Source: an uncultured Candidatus Saccharibacteria bacterium (lineage in GTDB: Bacteria; Patescibacteriota; Minisyncoccia; Phycocordibacterales; UBA5272). Taken from it: DNA of 63,819 nucleotides. Shown piece after piece: positions 13,922 to 22,575 of the stretch. The DNA is taken from NCBI GenBank assembly GCA_964517625.1, contig CAZFBW010000004.1, positions 1-63,819 on the forward strand, given 5' to 3'. Each line of letters begins with the position of its first letter. The stretch's first letter is position 1. The notes beneath the pieces were generated by a model. That model ran no database searches and was not told the origin of the DNA. It saw only the letters and a program-made list of their open reading frames with translations. The position numbers and the translations under genes were made by a program.

Positions 13922-16447
13922 TTATGCTTGTTTTTCTTCCTGCTTAAACGATGCGTAGATGCTTCGTCCGAGAATTGCAATAATGAAGAGAATTGCAAGA
14001 AGAGCAAACCATTCAATTAAGGTTTGTGGGAGGAATTTAACTCCACCCTTACCAATAACTTTCTTGGTTGTTGTTTCTTCTTTCTCTACATCTGCTCCAG
14101 ACACAACCGTGTCTACAACGTATGCAGTAATTTCGTCTTGAACAGGAGTCTTTCCTGCTTCAACTGGAATCATGTAGAGAACATATCCAGTTGTCACAAG
14201 TGTCTTACCAACTTCTGCGTTTTCTTTAACGCGTACAGTCCAGGTAATCACTCCGTCTGAGTACGGTGCAATCATTGGAAGACCGAACATGACACTGTTA
14301 TTCGTTGGGTCATAGTTTCCAACAGTTGAACCAACAAAGGTTACATCAGAAGGAAGATTTACTTTCACAAGAAGGTTAACAAGTGGTGAGTCTGAGACAT
14401 TTTTGTAGGCAAGACGATAGATAACATCTTTTCCTGGAGCAAAATCGCCTTGTACTTTTTCCACCTGCATGGTGATAAGTTTCTGTCCTTGGTTAATGAG
14501 CACAGATGAAGACTTACTATCAACAGTCACATATGTTCCATCAACACAGAGAACTTTATTTTCTACCGGCTTCTTTGTCACCGTTGGTGTTTTTACTGGT
14601 GTTGTTGGTTTTACATAAGCAACTGTTTTTGCTTTTGTGGTGAACTTAACAATTTCACCCTTAACAATACCATAGTCGTTTGACATAACCGCGCGACAGT
14701 AGTAGGTGGTTGAAGGCTTAAGGTTAGTAAGCATGTTTGAGAACGGTGCTGTTGCAGATGAGCCGATTGAAACTTTAGTCGTTGTGCGACCCAAGTTTGA
14801 TGTCTCTCCATACTCGAACCATCCAGATGACTGAGCTCTGTTGGCAATGAGACCGATACCGTTACAACGAGCTTGTGTGTTTGTGATTTCTGTCGTCACA
14901 CTTGTCACCACATTGTTGAACTTAACCGTAGGGGCAACAGGGCGATACGTTGGTGCGTTGTAACAACGTTGACCTTCAAGAATTGTTGATCCATCAGGAC
15001 AGGTTTGATAACACGTCTGATTGATTGGAATCATAGAACCGTTTGCACAGGTTTTGAACTGTGAAGGACACACTTGGTTGCCTGGCATAAGTGAACCATC
15101 CCAACAGGTGTGTGTTGATGAACGACATACACCGTTTATAAGCGTTGTTCCGATTGGACAATTGTATGTCGTAATCTGACAAATACCACTAATAAGAATT
15201 GACCCTGGAGGACATGTGGTTGTATTGATTTGGCAGACGCCTCCAATAAGTGTTGACCCATAAGGACACACGGTTGTTCCAGTTCCTTGGCAAACACCGT
15301 TTACATATGTTGTACCTGTAGGACATGAAATTGGAGCCTGACAAACACCATTAATGAGTGTTGAATTTGGGGGACAGGTTGTTGTTCCAACACATTGACC
15401 ATTTACATAGGTTGTACCAGTTGGGCAGTTTGCAGTTCCAACACATTGACCATTCTGATATACCGTTCCGGTTGGACAGTTTGCTGTTCCGACACATTGA
15501 CCGTTTACGAGTGTGGTGCCTGTTGGGCAGGTGGTGCTAAGAACACACTGACCATTCACAAGCGTTGAACCAGTTGGACAAGTAGTACTATCTACAACAC
15601 AAACACCGTTTACAAGTGTTGAGCCTGTAGGACAAATTGTTGAGTTAAGAACACACTGACCATTTACAAGCGTTGAACCAGTTGGACATGTGGTTGTATT
15701 GATTTGGCAAACACCATTCACAAGCGTTGAACCAATTGGACAGTTGGTGTTAGTGATAACACATTGACCGTTCACAAGCGTTGAGCCTGTAGGACAGTTG
15801 GTGTTGGTGATAACACAAACACCATTGATGAGTGTCGTACCTGTTGGACAGGTTGTTTGTGTAATAACACAAGCTCCGTTTATATAGGTTGTGCCATTTG
15901 GACAATTGGTGGTGCCTGGGTTGTTCCAAACAGGACCTCCCCAGTTAATGGTGATGCCGGTTACGTTTGTTCCCCAGTTGGTTGTTCCCCAGTTGATGGT
16001 GCCATCATTAGGTATTCCTCCCCAGTTAGTTACTGGGTAAGTTATTGGGTTAGTGTCCCATGTTGAAGGAGTGTATGTGTATGGGGGCGTATATGTGTAT
16101 GGGTCACTATAGTTTGGAGTGGTGTACACAGGGTCAGAATAGTCTGGATAACCAGTGTTCCATGTGTCTGTCCAAACAGGTCCTGGATCTGTGTAATCTG
16201 GATATCCTGTGTTCCAATTGTCAGTGTAATCAGGGTAGCCTGTATTCCATGTATCGGTATAGTCTGGGTATCCTGTATTCCAATTATCCGTATAGTCAGG
16301 ATAGCCGGTATTCCATGTATCGGTATAGTCTGGATACCCCGTGTTCCAATCATCAAACCATTGAGCTTGTGCTGACTGCGCAGAAAACACCACGCAAGCA
16401 AAAGCGAGGACAAGAAACGATTTTTGTAAAAGATTTTTCATATACAT
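13922..16447 (-). CDS. Large repeat-rich cell-surface protein (signal peptide, two tandem repeat arrays, FN3-like and DUF11-like domains, C-terminal TM anchor)
   Basis: Signal peptide MKNLLQKSFLVLAFACVVFSAQSAQA. Six WNTGYPDYTD repeats. About 15 plus 3 repeats of the CPTGSTLVNGQCV type. C-terminal helix LIEWFALLAILFIIAILG. Confidence 0.85.
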   Translation of the reverse strand: MYMKNLLQKSFLVLAFACVVFSAQSAQAQWFDDWNTGYPDYTDTWNTGYPDYTDNWNTGYPDYTDTWNTGYPDYTDNWNTGYPDYTDPGPVWTDTWNTGYPDYSDPVYTTPNYSDPYTYTPPYTYTPSTWDTNPITYPVTNWGGIPNDGTINWGTTNWGTNVTGITINWGGPVWNNPGTTNCPNGTTYINGACVITQTTCPTGTTLINGVCVITNTNCPTGSTLVNGQCVITNTNCPIGSTLVNGVCQINTTTCPTGSTLVNGQCVLNSTICPTGSTLVNGVCVVDSTTCPTGSTLVNGQCVLSTTCPTGTTLVNGQCVGTANCPTGTVYQNGQCVGTANCPTGTTYVNGQCVGTTTCPPNSTLINGVCQAPISCPTGTTYVNGVCQGTGTTVCPYGSTLIGGVCQINTTTCPPGSILISGICQITTYNCPIGTTLINGVCRSSTHTCWDGSLMPGNQVCPSQFKTCANGSMIPINQTCYQTCPDGSTILEGQRCYNAPTYRPVAPTVKFNNVVTSVTTEITNTQARCNGIGLIANRAQSSGWFEYGETSNLGRTTTKVSIGSSATAPFSNMLTNLKPSTTYYCRAVMSNDYGIVKGEIVKFTTKAKTVAYVKPTTPVKTPTVTKKPVENKVLCVDGTYVTVDSKSSSVLINQGQKLITMQVEKVQGDFAPGKDVIYRLAYKNVSDSPLVNLLVKVNLPSDVTFVGSTVGNYDPTNNSVMFGLPMIAPYSDGVITWTVRVKENAEVGKTLVTTGYVLYMIPVEAGKTPVQDEITAYVVDTVVSGADVEKEETTTKKVIGKGGVKFLPQTLIEWFALLAILFIIAILGRSIYASFKQEEKQA
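14950..15901 (-). repeat. In-frame tandem coding repeats (51-57 nt units, CPxGxTxxNGxC module)
   Basis: About 18 consecutive two-Cys modules in the translated ORF. The nucleotide repeats are divergent, not identical. Confidence 0.8.
16130..16348 (-). repeat. In-frame tandem coding repeats (33 nt units, WNTGYPDYTD)
   Basis: Six near-identical 11-aa units in the N-terminal region. Confidence 0.85.
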
Positions 16448-16489
16448 TGTAATAATAATGTTGTAGGCACCACCTTTTTAAGGTCACTA

Positions 16490-16518
16490 TATTATATTAT
16501 ACTTATTGCAAAATGTCA
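16490..16518 (-). promoter_or_regulatory. Consensus sigma70 promoter of the surface-protein gene
   Basis: The minus strand reads TTGACA-N17-TATAAT. Confidence 0.7.
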
Positions 16519-16604
16519 AGGGCTATTTTAGGTATCGCCTATTAAGAATAATACCAAAGAAAAAGCCCCCGTCGTGGACGGGGGCCGGTGCGCGGACCTG
16601 AAAC

Positions 16605-17384
16605 TCAGGTTCCTGGACGCACCTTGTAGGTAACCGAATCGAGCTCCTTGGGCGCAACGAGCCGAGGCTCGTTTTGCTTCCGGTATTTCTCGCTCCATTC
16701 GGCGTTGACGCGCTTGATCCAGGTTGTCCTGGACTCCGACGCGTCATTCTTCGGAAAGAGAATGCCTTTGTTGCAGTAGTTGGCATACCGTTCCAGGTGC
16801 GAGCGATCCACCTTCTCGAAGAAGCACTCGCGCGGGCCTTTACCGGCCTCAGCGTCAGGGTGACGCCACGCGAGCTGATTCCCTCCTACGGAGGGGGGGA
16901 GTGCTTCTTTCTTCTGTTCCACCAAGGCAACAGGCGGAGTGGCGGGCTTACGCGACTGCGTCGGGGCCTTGGGGGGCACCGAAGCGGTCTTGCAGTTGCA
17001 GCACGGATCGAAATCGACCCGGAGCTTGCCACCTTCGGCCTTCACATCGACCTTGGCGGTCGACACCTCTCCCGTTGCAGGAGGGGTGGTGACGGGTTTC
17101 ACGGTCGATGCCGGGATGATGTTTCCTTTGGCAGTCGACGCCGGGGTGGACGATGCGGTGTTTCCGGCGACCACTTCCGTGGGAGCCGGTTTGTTGGTGG
17201 TGATGGACGAGATGATGTCCTTCACGTCATCGCCTGCGGAGAAGAACGTTTTGACCATGACAGCCAGAACGACCAGTGCGGCGAAGGCGGCGACTGTGAT
17301 CTTCCACTCCTTACTGAACCCTTCCTTTTTCGGGGAAGGACTCGGTTCCGACGCAGGGGCCGGTGTTGCTTTTTCGTTTGTCAT
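16605..17384 (-). CDS. GC-rich island gene 1: membrane-anchored Pro/Thr/Ala-rich protein with a Cys-containing C-terminal domain, function unknown
   Basis: Strong SD (AAGGAGG) 5 nt before the ATG, one TM helix (ITVAAFAALVVLAVMV), its own promoter and terminator. G/C-ending codons dominate (AAG, ATC, GTC, TTC). Confidence 0.7.
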   Translation of the reverse strand: MTNEKATPAPASEPSPSPKKEGFSKEWKITVAAFAALVVLAVMVKTFFSAGDDVKDIISSITTNKPAPTEVVAGNTASSTPASTAKGNIIPASTVKPVTTPPATGEVSTAKVDVKAEGGKLRVDFDPCCNCKTASVPPKAPTQSRKPATPPVALVEQKKEALPPSVGGNQLAWRHPDAEAGKGPRECFFEKVDRSHLERYANYCNKGILFPKNDASESRTTWIKRVNAEWSEKYRKQNEPRLVAPKELDSVTYKVRPGT

Positions 17385-17438
17385 TGTGCCCTCCTTGGGC
17401 GGAAAAATGATTGGTTGGAAAAACTACTTCTAATTACT

Positions 17439-17466
17439 ATTATATCAGATATACAAAAAAAGTCAA
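17439..17466 (-). promoter_or_regulatory. Consensus promoter of island gene 1
   Basis: The minus strand reads TTGACT-N16-TATAAT. Shares the 15-nt string GTCAAGTCCTTTTCT (plus strand, 17462-17476) with 18590-18604. Confidence 0.7.
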
Positions 17467-17574
17467 GTCCTTTTCTGTTTGTTTTTTCTTTGTTATTTTT
17501 GTGTTGTATATAATAAAAAACCACCACACGTTGATTTGTGTGGTGGGAATATCCTTCGGTTTCTTGCTTGAGGC

Positions 17575-18465
17575 TTAATTGACGACGATGTGGCGCTTGT
17601 CGTCCTTGTACTGCGACGACACGCACTTTTCGTCCCCTTTTTTGATCTTCAGGGGTTCGATGTCTTCGAGCATGCGGACGAGGGTTTTGCCGGCGGGGCA
17701 ATTCTTCGTGGCCGACGTCTCGGTGGCGCGTTCGGTCTTGATCTCGGTGGTGTTCACCGAGACCTTTTCCGTGGCCGAGACCGTTTTGGTCTTCGAGAGG
17801 GCAAGTGCGAGTTCATCGCACTCTTCCTCCGTCAGACCGCGACGGACTTTCCCGTTCACCACGCACCGTGATGCAACTTCCTTCGTCTGCGGTTGCCCGC
17901 GATACGAAGACTGTTGCATGTAGCCGGTGTTGCCCGACTGCCGTTGCGCGTAAACCGGACGACGGACCGGAACAGTGCAATCGCTCACAATACTCTGAGC
18001 GACACCGAGCAACTCGCCAACAGCGACACCAATGAGACCAAGTCTTCCGGCCTCATTCCGGTTTTCCCGTGCACCGTAACCGGCGCCGAGAACCCCTCCC
18101 ACAACCGCGTAGCCATGCCTCCGAGAGGCCTCTTCCTGCGGAGTGCAGGGACGAGTGCCTTCTTCGTAGCCGACGACCGCGAGGTTGTTGTAGCCACCTG
18201 CGGGATACGGACGGTTGCCGTACTGGCTGTTGCCGTACTCGGACTGGTTCCAGATGCTCACGGAACCGCCGCCGTTGTACCCGCCGTATCCGCCGTTGTT
18301 GTAGTTGATGTTCGGATCGTAACGGCGAGCGTTCGGGTTCTTGCAGTTCTCCCCCCAACCTACGGCGTAGTCGCCACAGATGATGAGAGCCGGACCGCTC
18401 GCGAAGATGTTGCTTGCGAACATCGCGGAAAACGCGACGAACAGAGTGATGAGAAGCTTTTTCAT
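17575..18465 (-). CDS. GC-rich island gene 2: secreted Gly/Asn/Tyr-rich protein with a glycine-zipper-like segment
   Basis: Signal peptide MKKLLITLFVAFSAMFASNIFA. GYGGYNGGG tract. GYAVVGGVLGAGYGA...GLIGVAVGELLGVA resembles a glycine-zipper 2TM motif. Own promoter and terminator (17520-17555). Confidence 0.7.
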   Translation of the reverse strand: MKKLLITLFVAFSAMFASNIFASGPALIICGDYAVGWGENCKNPNARRYDPNINYNNGGYGGYNGGGSVSIWNQSEYGNSQYGNRPYPAGGYNNLAVVGYEEGTRPCTPQEEASRRHGYAVVGGVLGAGYGARENRNEAGRLGLIGVAVGELLGVAQSIVSDCTVPVRRPVYAQRQSGNTGYMQQSSYRGQPQTKEVASRCVVNGKVRRGLTEEECDELALALSKTKTVSATEKVSVNTTEIKTERATETSATKNCPAGKTLVRMLEDIEPLKIKKGDEKCVSSQYKDDKRHIVVN

Positions 18466-18565
18466 TGTAAACCTTTCCGGGCGATTTCGCCCTAAAAAAC
18501 GAGGGTTTGATGGTTCATTTTGGATTTTGGGTGGTTTTTAGGCCACCCTAATCCATCTAGGGTTT

Positions 18566-18593
18566 AGTATACACTATTTTATACTTTTGTCAA
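18566..18593 (-). promoter_or_regulatory. Promoter of island gene 2
   Basis: The minus strand reads TTGACA-N16-TATACT. Same upstream 15-mer as the island gene 1 promoter. Confidence 0.65.
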
Positions 18594-18660
18594 GTCCTTT
18601 TCTTGATAGCCACCTTTGGGGAAACTCTTTGTTTTTAAGGGGTTTTGTGGGTTGGTTGTT

Positions 18661-18756
18661 GGTAATTAATAATTGGTAATTGATTGAAGGGGCGCGCCGT
18701 AGGCGCGCCCCTTTCGTTGTGTTTTTACTCATTACCAATTACTAATAACGAATTAC
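18661..18756. repeat. Nested palindromic intergenic element (AT-rich imperfect arms around a 12-bp GC hairpin)
   Basis: Core AAGGGGCGCGCC-GTA-GGCGCGCCCCTT (18687-18713). Arms TAATTGGTAATTGA versus TCATTACCAATTA. Same architecture as 6461-6550 but different arm sequence. Confidence 0.65.
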
Positions 18757-18807
18757 TTTTTAGTATCCACTCACCACTTATCTCCTTGGCTTATATACTG
18801 TCTTCAT

Positions 18808-20508
18808 ATGGATGACACTACGTTTGACCCAAAAGCACAAGATGCGCAGATTGCCGACCTTCGTAAAAGCGAAGAGGAAGATTTGATGAAGGTTCTTTCT
18901 GATAAATACGGACTCCCCTACATTAACTTACAAAGCATTGCCCCTGAACCAGATGCTCTTCGTTTCATTAAAGAAATAGACGCAAGACGCGCCCAGGTTG
19001 CGCCATTTAAATTAGTTGGAAGAAAATTGTATGTTGCAACCCCTGCGCCCGCAAGTCCAGCAGTTGAGGAACTTCTTCGTCCAATTGAAACACGTGGCAC
19101 TGAACTTGTTTTGTATTTGTGTTCACACGCGTCATTGGAGCATGTATTTTCACGCTACACCGATTTGAATGAATCATCAAAAGTAAACACAGGGCTTCTT
19201 GATTTGTCGCTTAAAAAAATGGAGGGGCTTGCATCCACATTTCAAACACCAGATGATATGGCTCGTCTTTTTGATGAACTTGTTTCTTCAAACGCGTTGT
19301 ACAAAACAACGCGCATCATTGAACTCATTATTGCGGGCGCGCTTAAGTTTGATGCAAGTGATGTTCACATTGAACCTGAAGAAAAGACGGTGCGTGTTCG
19401 TTATCGTTTAAATGGTGTGCTTGAAGATGTTGCCCACATTGATGCGCCGTCGCTTAAACAAATCACAAGTCGCCTCAAGTTGATGGCTGGACTTAAGCTT
19501 TCCACAGTAGCAAATTCTCAAGATGGACGCTTTAGTATTGATTTGGGTGAAGTTGAAGTTGATGTTCGTGTGTCTGTGATTCCAGGAAATTATGGTGAAT
19601 CATTTGTGATGCGTTTACTTGATCCGCGCCACACAGTTGCAAGCACAAAAGATTTAGCGGTCCTTCCTGTACTTCATGAAGCGCTTGAACGTGCACTTGC
19701 AAAACCAAACGGTGTTGTTTTAACAACAGGTCCAACTGGTTCTGGTAAAACAACAACTCTCTACGCCTTCTTGCGCGAGTTGTATTCGCCTGGAGTTAAA
19801 ATTCTTACCATTGAAGACCCAGTTGAATATCACCTGGACGGAATCACTCAGACCCAAGTAGATGAAGATAAAGACTACACATTCCTTTCGGGATTGCGCG
19901 CAGCGCTTCGCCAAGACCCAGACATTATCATGGTTGGTGAAATCCGTGATGAAGACACTGCAAAAGTTGCAATTAATGCGGCTCTCACTGGACACCTTGT
20001 TCTTTCAACACTTCACACCAACTCTGCTGCTGGCACTATTCCACGTTTGATTGATTTGAAAGTAAATCCAAAAGTTATCGGCTCTGCTCTTTCCCTTGCG
20101 CTTGCGCAACGTCTTGTGCGTGTTTTGTGTGATGAGTGTAAACAAGAAGACATAACCAATGAAAAAGAAACTCGTATTATCACTAATGTGTTGGGCGCAA
20201 TGAAATCTTCTGGTATGGAAGATTCCATGATGGGCTTTGTTCCGGATTTTCAATATCATGTTTTTCGTCCGGTTGGGTGCCTTAAATGTCACGGCGGATA
20301 CCGCGGACGTACCGGAATTTTTGAAGCACTTGTCATGAACGCTGAGGTTGAAAAAATATTAGCGTCTAACCCGAGCGAACGCGAAGTGCGGGAAGCAGCT
20401 CTTTCTTCGAAAATCCCCTCCCTTCTTCAAGATGCTATACTTAAGGTACTTCAAGGCACCACATCCCTTGAAGAAGTGGGCAAAGTTGTAGATCTTTTTA
20501 GTGAGTAA
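18808..20508 (+). CDS. pilB: GspE/PilB-family secretion ATPase (type IV pilus / T2SS assembly ATPase)
   Basis: N-terminal GSPII_E-like domain, Walker A GPTGSGKTTT, Asp and His boxes, and a tetracysteine motif C..C...C..C. Confidence 0.85.
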   Translation: MDDTTFDPKAQDAQIADLRKSEEEDLMKVLSDKYGLPYINLQSIAPEPDALRFIKEIDARRAQVAPFKLVGRKLYVATPAPASPAVEELLRPIETRGTELVLYLCSHASLEHVFSRYTDLNESSKVNTGLLDLSLKKMEGLASTFQTPDDMARLFDELVSSNALYKTTRIIELIIAGALKFDASDVHIEPEEKTVRVRYRLNGVLEDVAHIDAPSLKQITSRLKLMAGLKLSTVANSQDGRFSIDLGEVEVDVRVSVIPGNYGESFVMRLLDPRHTVASTKDLAVLPVLHEALERALAKPNGVVLTTGPTGSGKTTTLYAFLRELYSPGVKILTIEDPVEYHLDGITQTQVDEDKDYTFLSGLRAALRQDPDIIMVGEIRDEDTAKVAINAALTGHLVLSTLHTNSAAGTIPRLIDLKVNPKVIGSALSLALAQRLVRVLCDECKQEDITNEKETRIITNVLGAMKSSGMEDSMMGFVPDFQYHVFRPVGCLKCHGGYRGRTGIFEALVMNAEVEKILASNPSEREVREAALSSKIPSLLQDAILKVLQGTTSLEEVGKVVDLFSE

Positions 20509-20514
20509 TAAAGA

Positions 20515-20757
20515 AGAAAACGCGCTTGTGGCGCGCCTTCTTGTAGGATATTGTCGTATTTGACAGCTTACACCTCTAAGCAACCCCTTGGTGAAGAACA
20601 AACCTTCGTAAGGATAGGCACAGAAAACGACTAAGCGTAACCAGACCGTCCTTCGAATTAGTAAGTGCCGGAAACCGGCGATTGTTTAGAGATGTAAATG
20701 TTCAAATCCATAAATTGACAAACCGTCCTTTATGTTGCAAAGTATTTTTACTTTGTG
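20515..20757 (-). ncRNA. Candidate small RNA of unknown class (about 240 nt)
   Basis: Consensus promoter at 20764-20791 pointing leftwards. Hairpin CGCGC-TTGTG-GCGCG (20521-20535) followed by a T-run on the minus strand. Internal hairpins include CAAAGTA/TACTTTG and GCCGG/CCGGC. No convincing ORF; the longest plausible is 17 codons. Confidence 0.4.
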
Positions 20758-20763
20758 AGCGTT

Positions 20764-20791
20764 ATTATATCACATCAAAAACTTTTGTCAA
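20764..20791 (-). promoter_or_regulatory. Consensus sigma70 promoter of the candidate sRNA
   Basis: The minus strand reads TTGACA-N16-TATAAT. Confidence 0.55.
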
Positions 20792-20812
20792 CCACCCTCT
20801 TCTAACTACGTT

Positions 20813-21796
20813 ATGCAAGACCCAATCGAAAAAAATACCAATCCTGAAATAAAACACCTAGACAGCACTCTCCGTCCAGACTCTTTCGATAGATATGTTG
20901 GTCAGGAAACAATAAAAAAGAATCTTCATATTTTACTTACCGCAGCTAAAGAGCGCGGAACCACTCCGGAACACATTCTTTTGTACGGACCACCTGGACT
21001 TGGCAAAACAACTCTTGCACATTTAATAGCAAAAGAACTTGGTGCAAACTTAAAACTTTCCAGTGGGCCCGCAATTATGAAGGTTGGCGACTTGGCAGCC
21101 ATTTTAACCAACCTCACCCCGGGGGATATTTTATTCATTGATGAAATTCATCGTTTAAATAAATTAATCGAAGAAGTCTTGTACCCAGCGATGGAATCTG
21201 GCCAACTTGATATTGTTATTGGTAAAGGTCCTTCTGCACGAACCATCCAACTTGACCTTCCACCATTTACTTTAATCGGAGCAACGACTCGTGTTTCGCT
21301 TTTATCCTCCCCTCTTCGCTCGCGTTTCTCAGGTGGAATTCATCGCCTCCAATTTTATAGTGAAGAAGAGATTAAAGAAATCGTAAAACGAAGCGCAACC
21401 ATTTTAGGCACAAACATTCCTGATGATGCCGCGCTTCTGATTGCAAAACGTTCTCGTTTTACCCCACGTACCGCCAACTATTATTTGAAGCGTGCGCGCG
21501 ACTATGCACAAGTACATAAAAAAGATATTAGCACTGATGCTGTCGACCGCTCTCTTACCCTTCTTGAAATTGATGAATTTGGGTTAGGGGTGTCTGACCG
21601 AATGGTTCTTGATGCGATTGTTAATAAATTTAAAGGTGGTCCGGTTGGATTAAACACACTTGCTGCCGCAACAGGAGAAGAAGAGTCAACAATTGAGGAT
21701 GTTATTGAGCCGTACCTTATTCAAATCGGCATGATAGAAAGAACTCCTCGCGGAAGAAAAGCAACAGATAAAGCGATGACATATTTCAAACAATGA
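20813..21796 (+). CDS. ruvB: Holliday junction DNA helicase RuvB
   Basis: LRP..F..YVGQ, Walker [12 protein letters not shown], Walker B DEIHR, sensor motifs. Confidence 0.95.
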   Translation: MQDPIEKNTNPEIKHLDSTLRPDSFDRYVGQETIKKNLHILLTAAKERGTTPEHILLYGPPGLGKTTLAHLIAKELGANLKLSSGPAIMKVGDLAAILTNLTPGDILFIDEIHRLNKLIEEVLYPAMESGQLDIVIGKGPSARTIQLDLPPFTLIGATTRVSLLSSPLRSRFSGGIHRLQFYSEEEIKEIVKRSATILGTNIPDDAALLIAKRSRFTPRTANYYLKRARDYAQVHKKDISTDAVDRSLTLLEIDEFGLGVSDRMVLDAIVNKFKGGPVGLNTLAAATGEEESTIEDVIEPYLIQIGMIERTPRGRKATDKAMTYFKQ

Positions 21797-22296
21797 AACC
21801 GATTCGTATTTTGGGAATAGATCCTGGGTTTGATAGGGTTGGTGTTTCAATTCTAGACAAACAAGGAACACAAGAAGAGTTGGTTTTTTCGTGTTGCATT
21901 ACCACCTCTTCAAAAGATTTGTTTGCAGAAAGGCTTTTAGTGTTGGGGAAAGAGTTGGAAGAAATTGTGAGAACCTATAAACCAAACCACGCATCAATTG
22001 AAACCTTATTTGTGACCAAAAACCAAAAAACAGCCATGTTGGTTGCGGGTGCGCGTGGGGTTATTTTATATATATGCCAAAAGTGTGGGGTGGATATTTT
22101 TGAATACTCTCCCCCACAAGTGAAGTTGGCGATTACTGGTTTTGGAAAAAGTGAAAAAAAAGAAGTGGCATTTATGGTTACAAAAATATTAAACCTACCC
22201 CCATCTAAAAAAAGGTTTGATGACGAAGTTGATGCGATTGCCCTTGCCCTTACCCACAGCGCTCATTACAAGTCTTTTTTGGGTACAACATTATAA
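21793..22296 (+). CDS. ruvC: Crossover junction endodeoxyribonuclease RuvC
   Basis: ILGIDPG start motif, 167 aa, 4-nt overlap with ruvB. Confidence 0.9.
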   Translation: MKPIRILGIDPGFDRVGVSILDKQGTQEELVFSCCITTSSKDLFAERLLVLGKELEEIVRTYKPNHASIETLFVTKNQKTAMLVAGARGVILYICQKCGVDIFEYSPPQVKLAITGFGKSEKKEVAFMVTKILNLPPSKKRFDDEVDAIALALTHSAHYKSFLGTTL

Positions 22297-22358
22297 ACAC
22301 CCTCGGCTCTTGCGTATAATTTTATTTGGTGTTATCTTTCTACAATAATAGTTATTGT

Positions 22359-22532
22359 ATGTTAATCGAAGAAGACGTAAAACCTGTTGGGGAAATAAAT
22401 CCAGACGCTCTTGAGGCGGTTTTTGATGAAGACGTCCTTGTTGAAGAAGAGGTTGTTTTGTTTGGGGAAAACGATGAGGAGGTTGATGAGATTGATATCG
22501 CTTTTCAAGCAAACGACGAGGGGTATTGGTAG
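22359..22532 (+). CDS. Hypothetical small highly acidic protein
   Basis: MLIEEDVKPVGEINPDALEAVFDEDVLVEEE..., followed by a terminator. Weak evidence. Confidence 0.3.
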   Translation: MLIEEDVKPVGEINPDALEAVFDEDVLVEEEVVLFGENDEEVDEIDIAFQANDEGYW

Positions 22533-22544
22533 TGTGCACACAAC

Positions 22545-22572
22545 AAAAAACTGCACTGTGTGCAGTTTTTTT
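22545..22572. terminator. Bidirectional terminator between the convergent genes
   Basis: AAAAAACTGCAC-TGT-GTGCAGTTTTTTT. Confidence 0.75.
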
Positions 22573-22575
22573 GTT

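Noticed and set aside
14950-15901. Regularly spaced repeats that could be mistaken for a CRISPR array
   Set aside because: The periodicity is 51-57 nt, in frame, inside a continuous 841-codon ORF. The repeats are divergent and there are no unique spacers or cas genes.
16674-18495. Long plus-strand and alternative-frame ORFs in the GC-rich island (for example 16674-17513, 16939-17433, 17893-18495, 18053-18358)
   Set aside because: Open frames in all phases are expected in high-GC DNA. These are Arg/Gly/Pro-rich antisense translations without SD, promoter or terminator. The two minus-strand ORFs have SD, signal or TM peptides, promoters and terminators.
20509-20812. Assignment of the pilB-ruvB spacer RNA to SRP RNA, 6S RNA, RNase P RNA or tmRNA
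   Set aside because: No helix-8 GGAA/AGCA-type motif, no GAGGAAAGUCC (P4) sequence, no tRNA-like 5'/3' ends or tag ORF. The 5' and 3' ends do not pair as in 6S RNA. Left as an unknown class.
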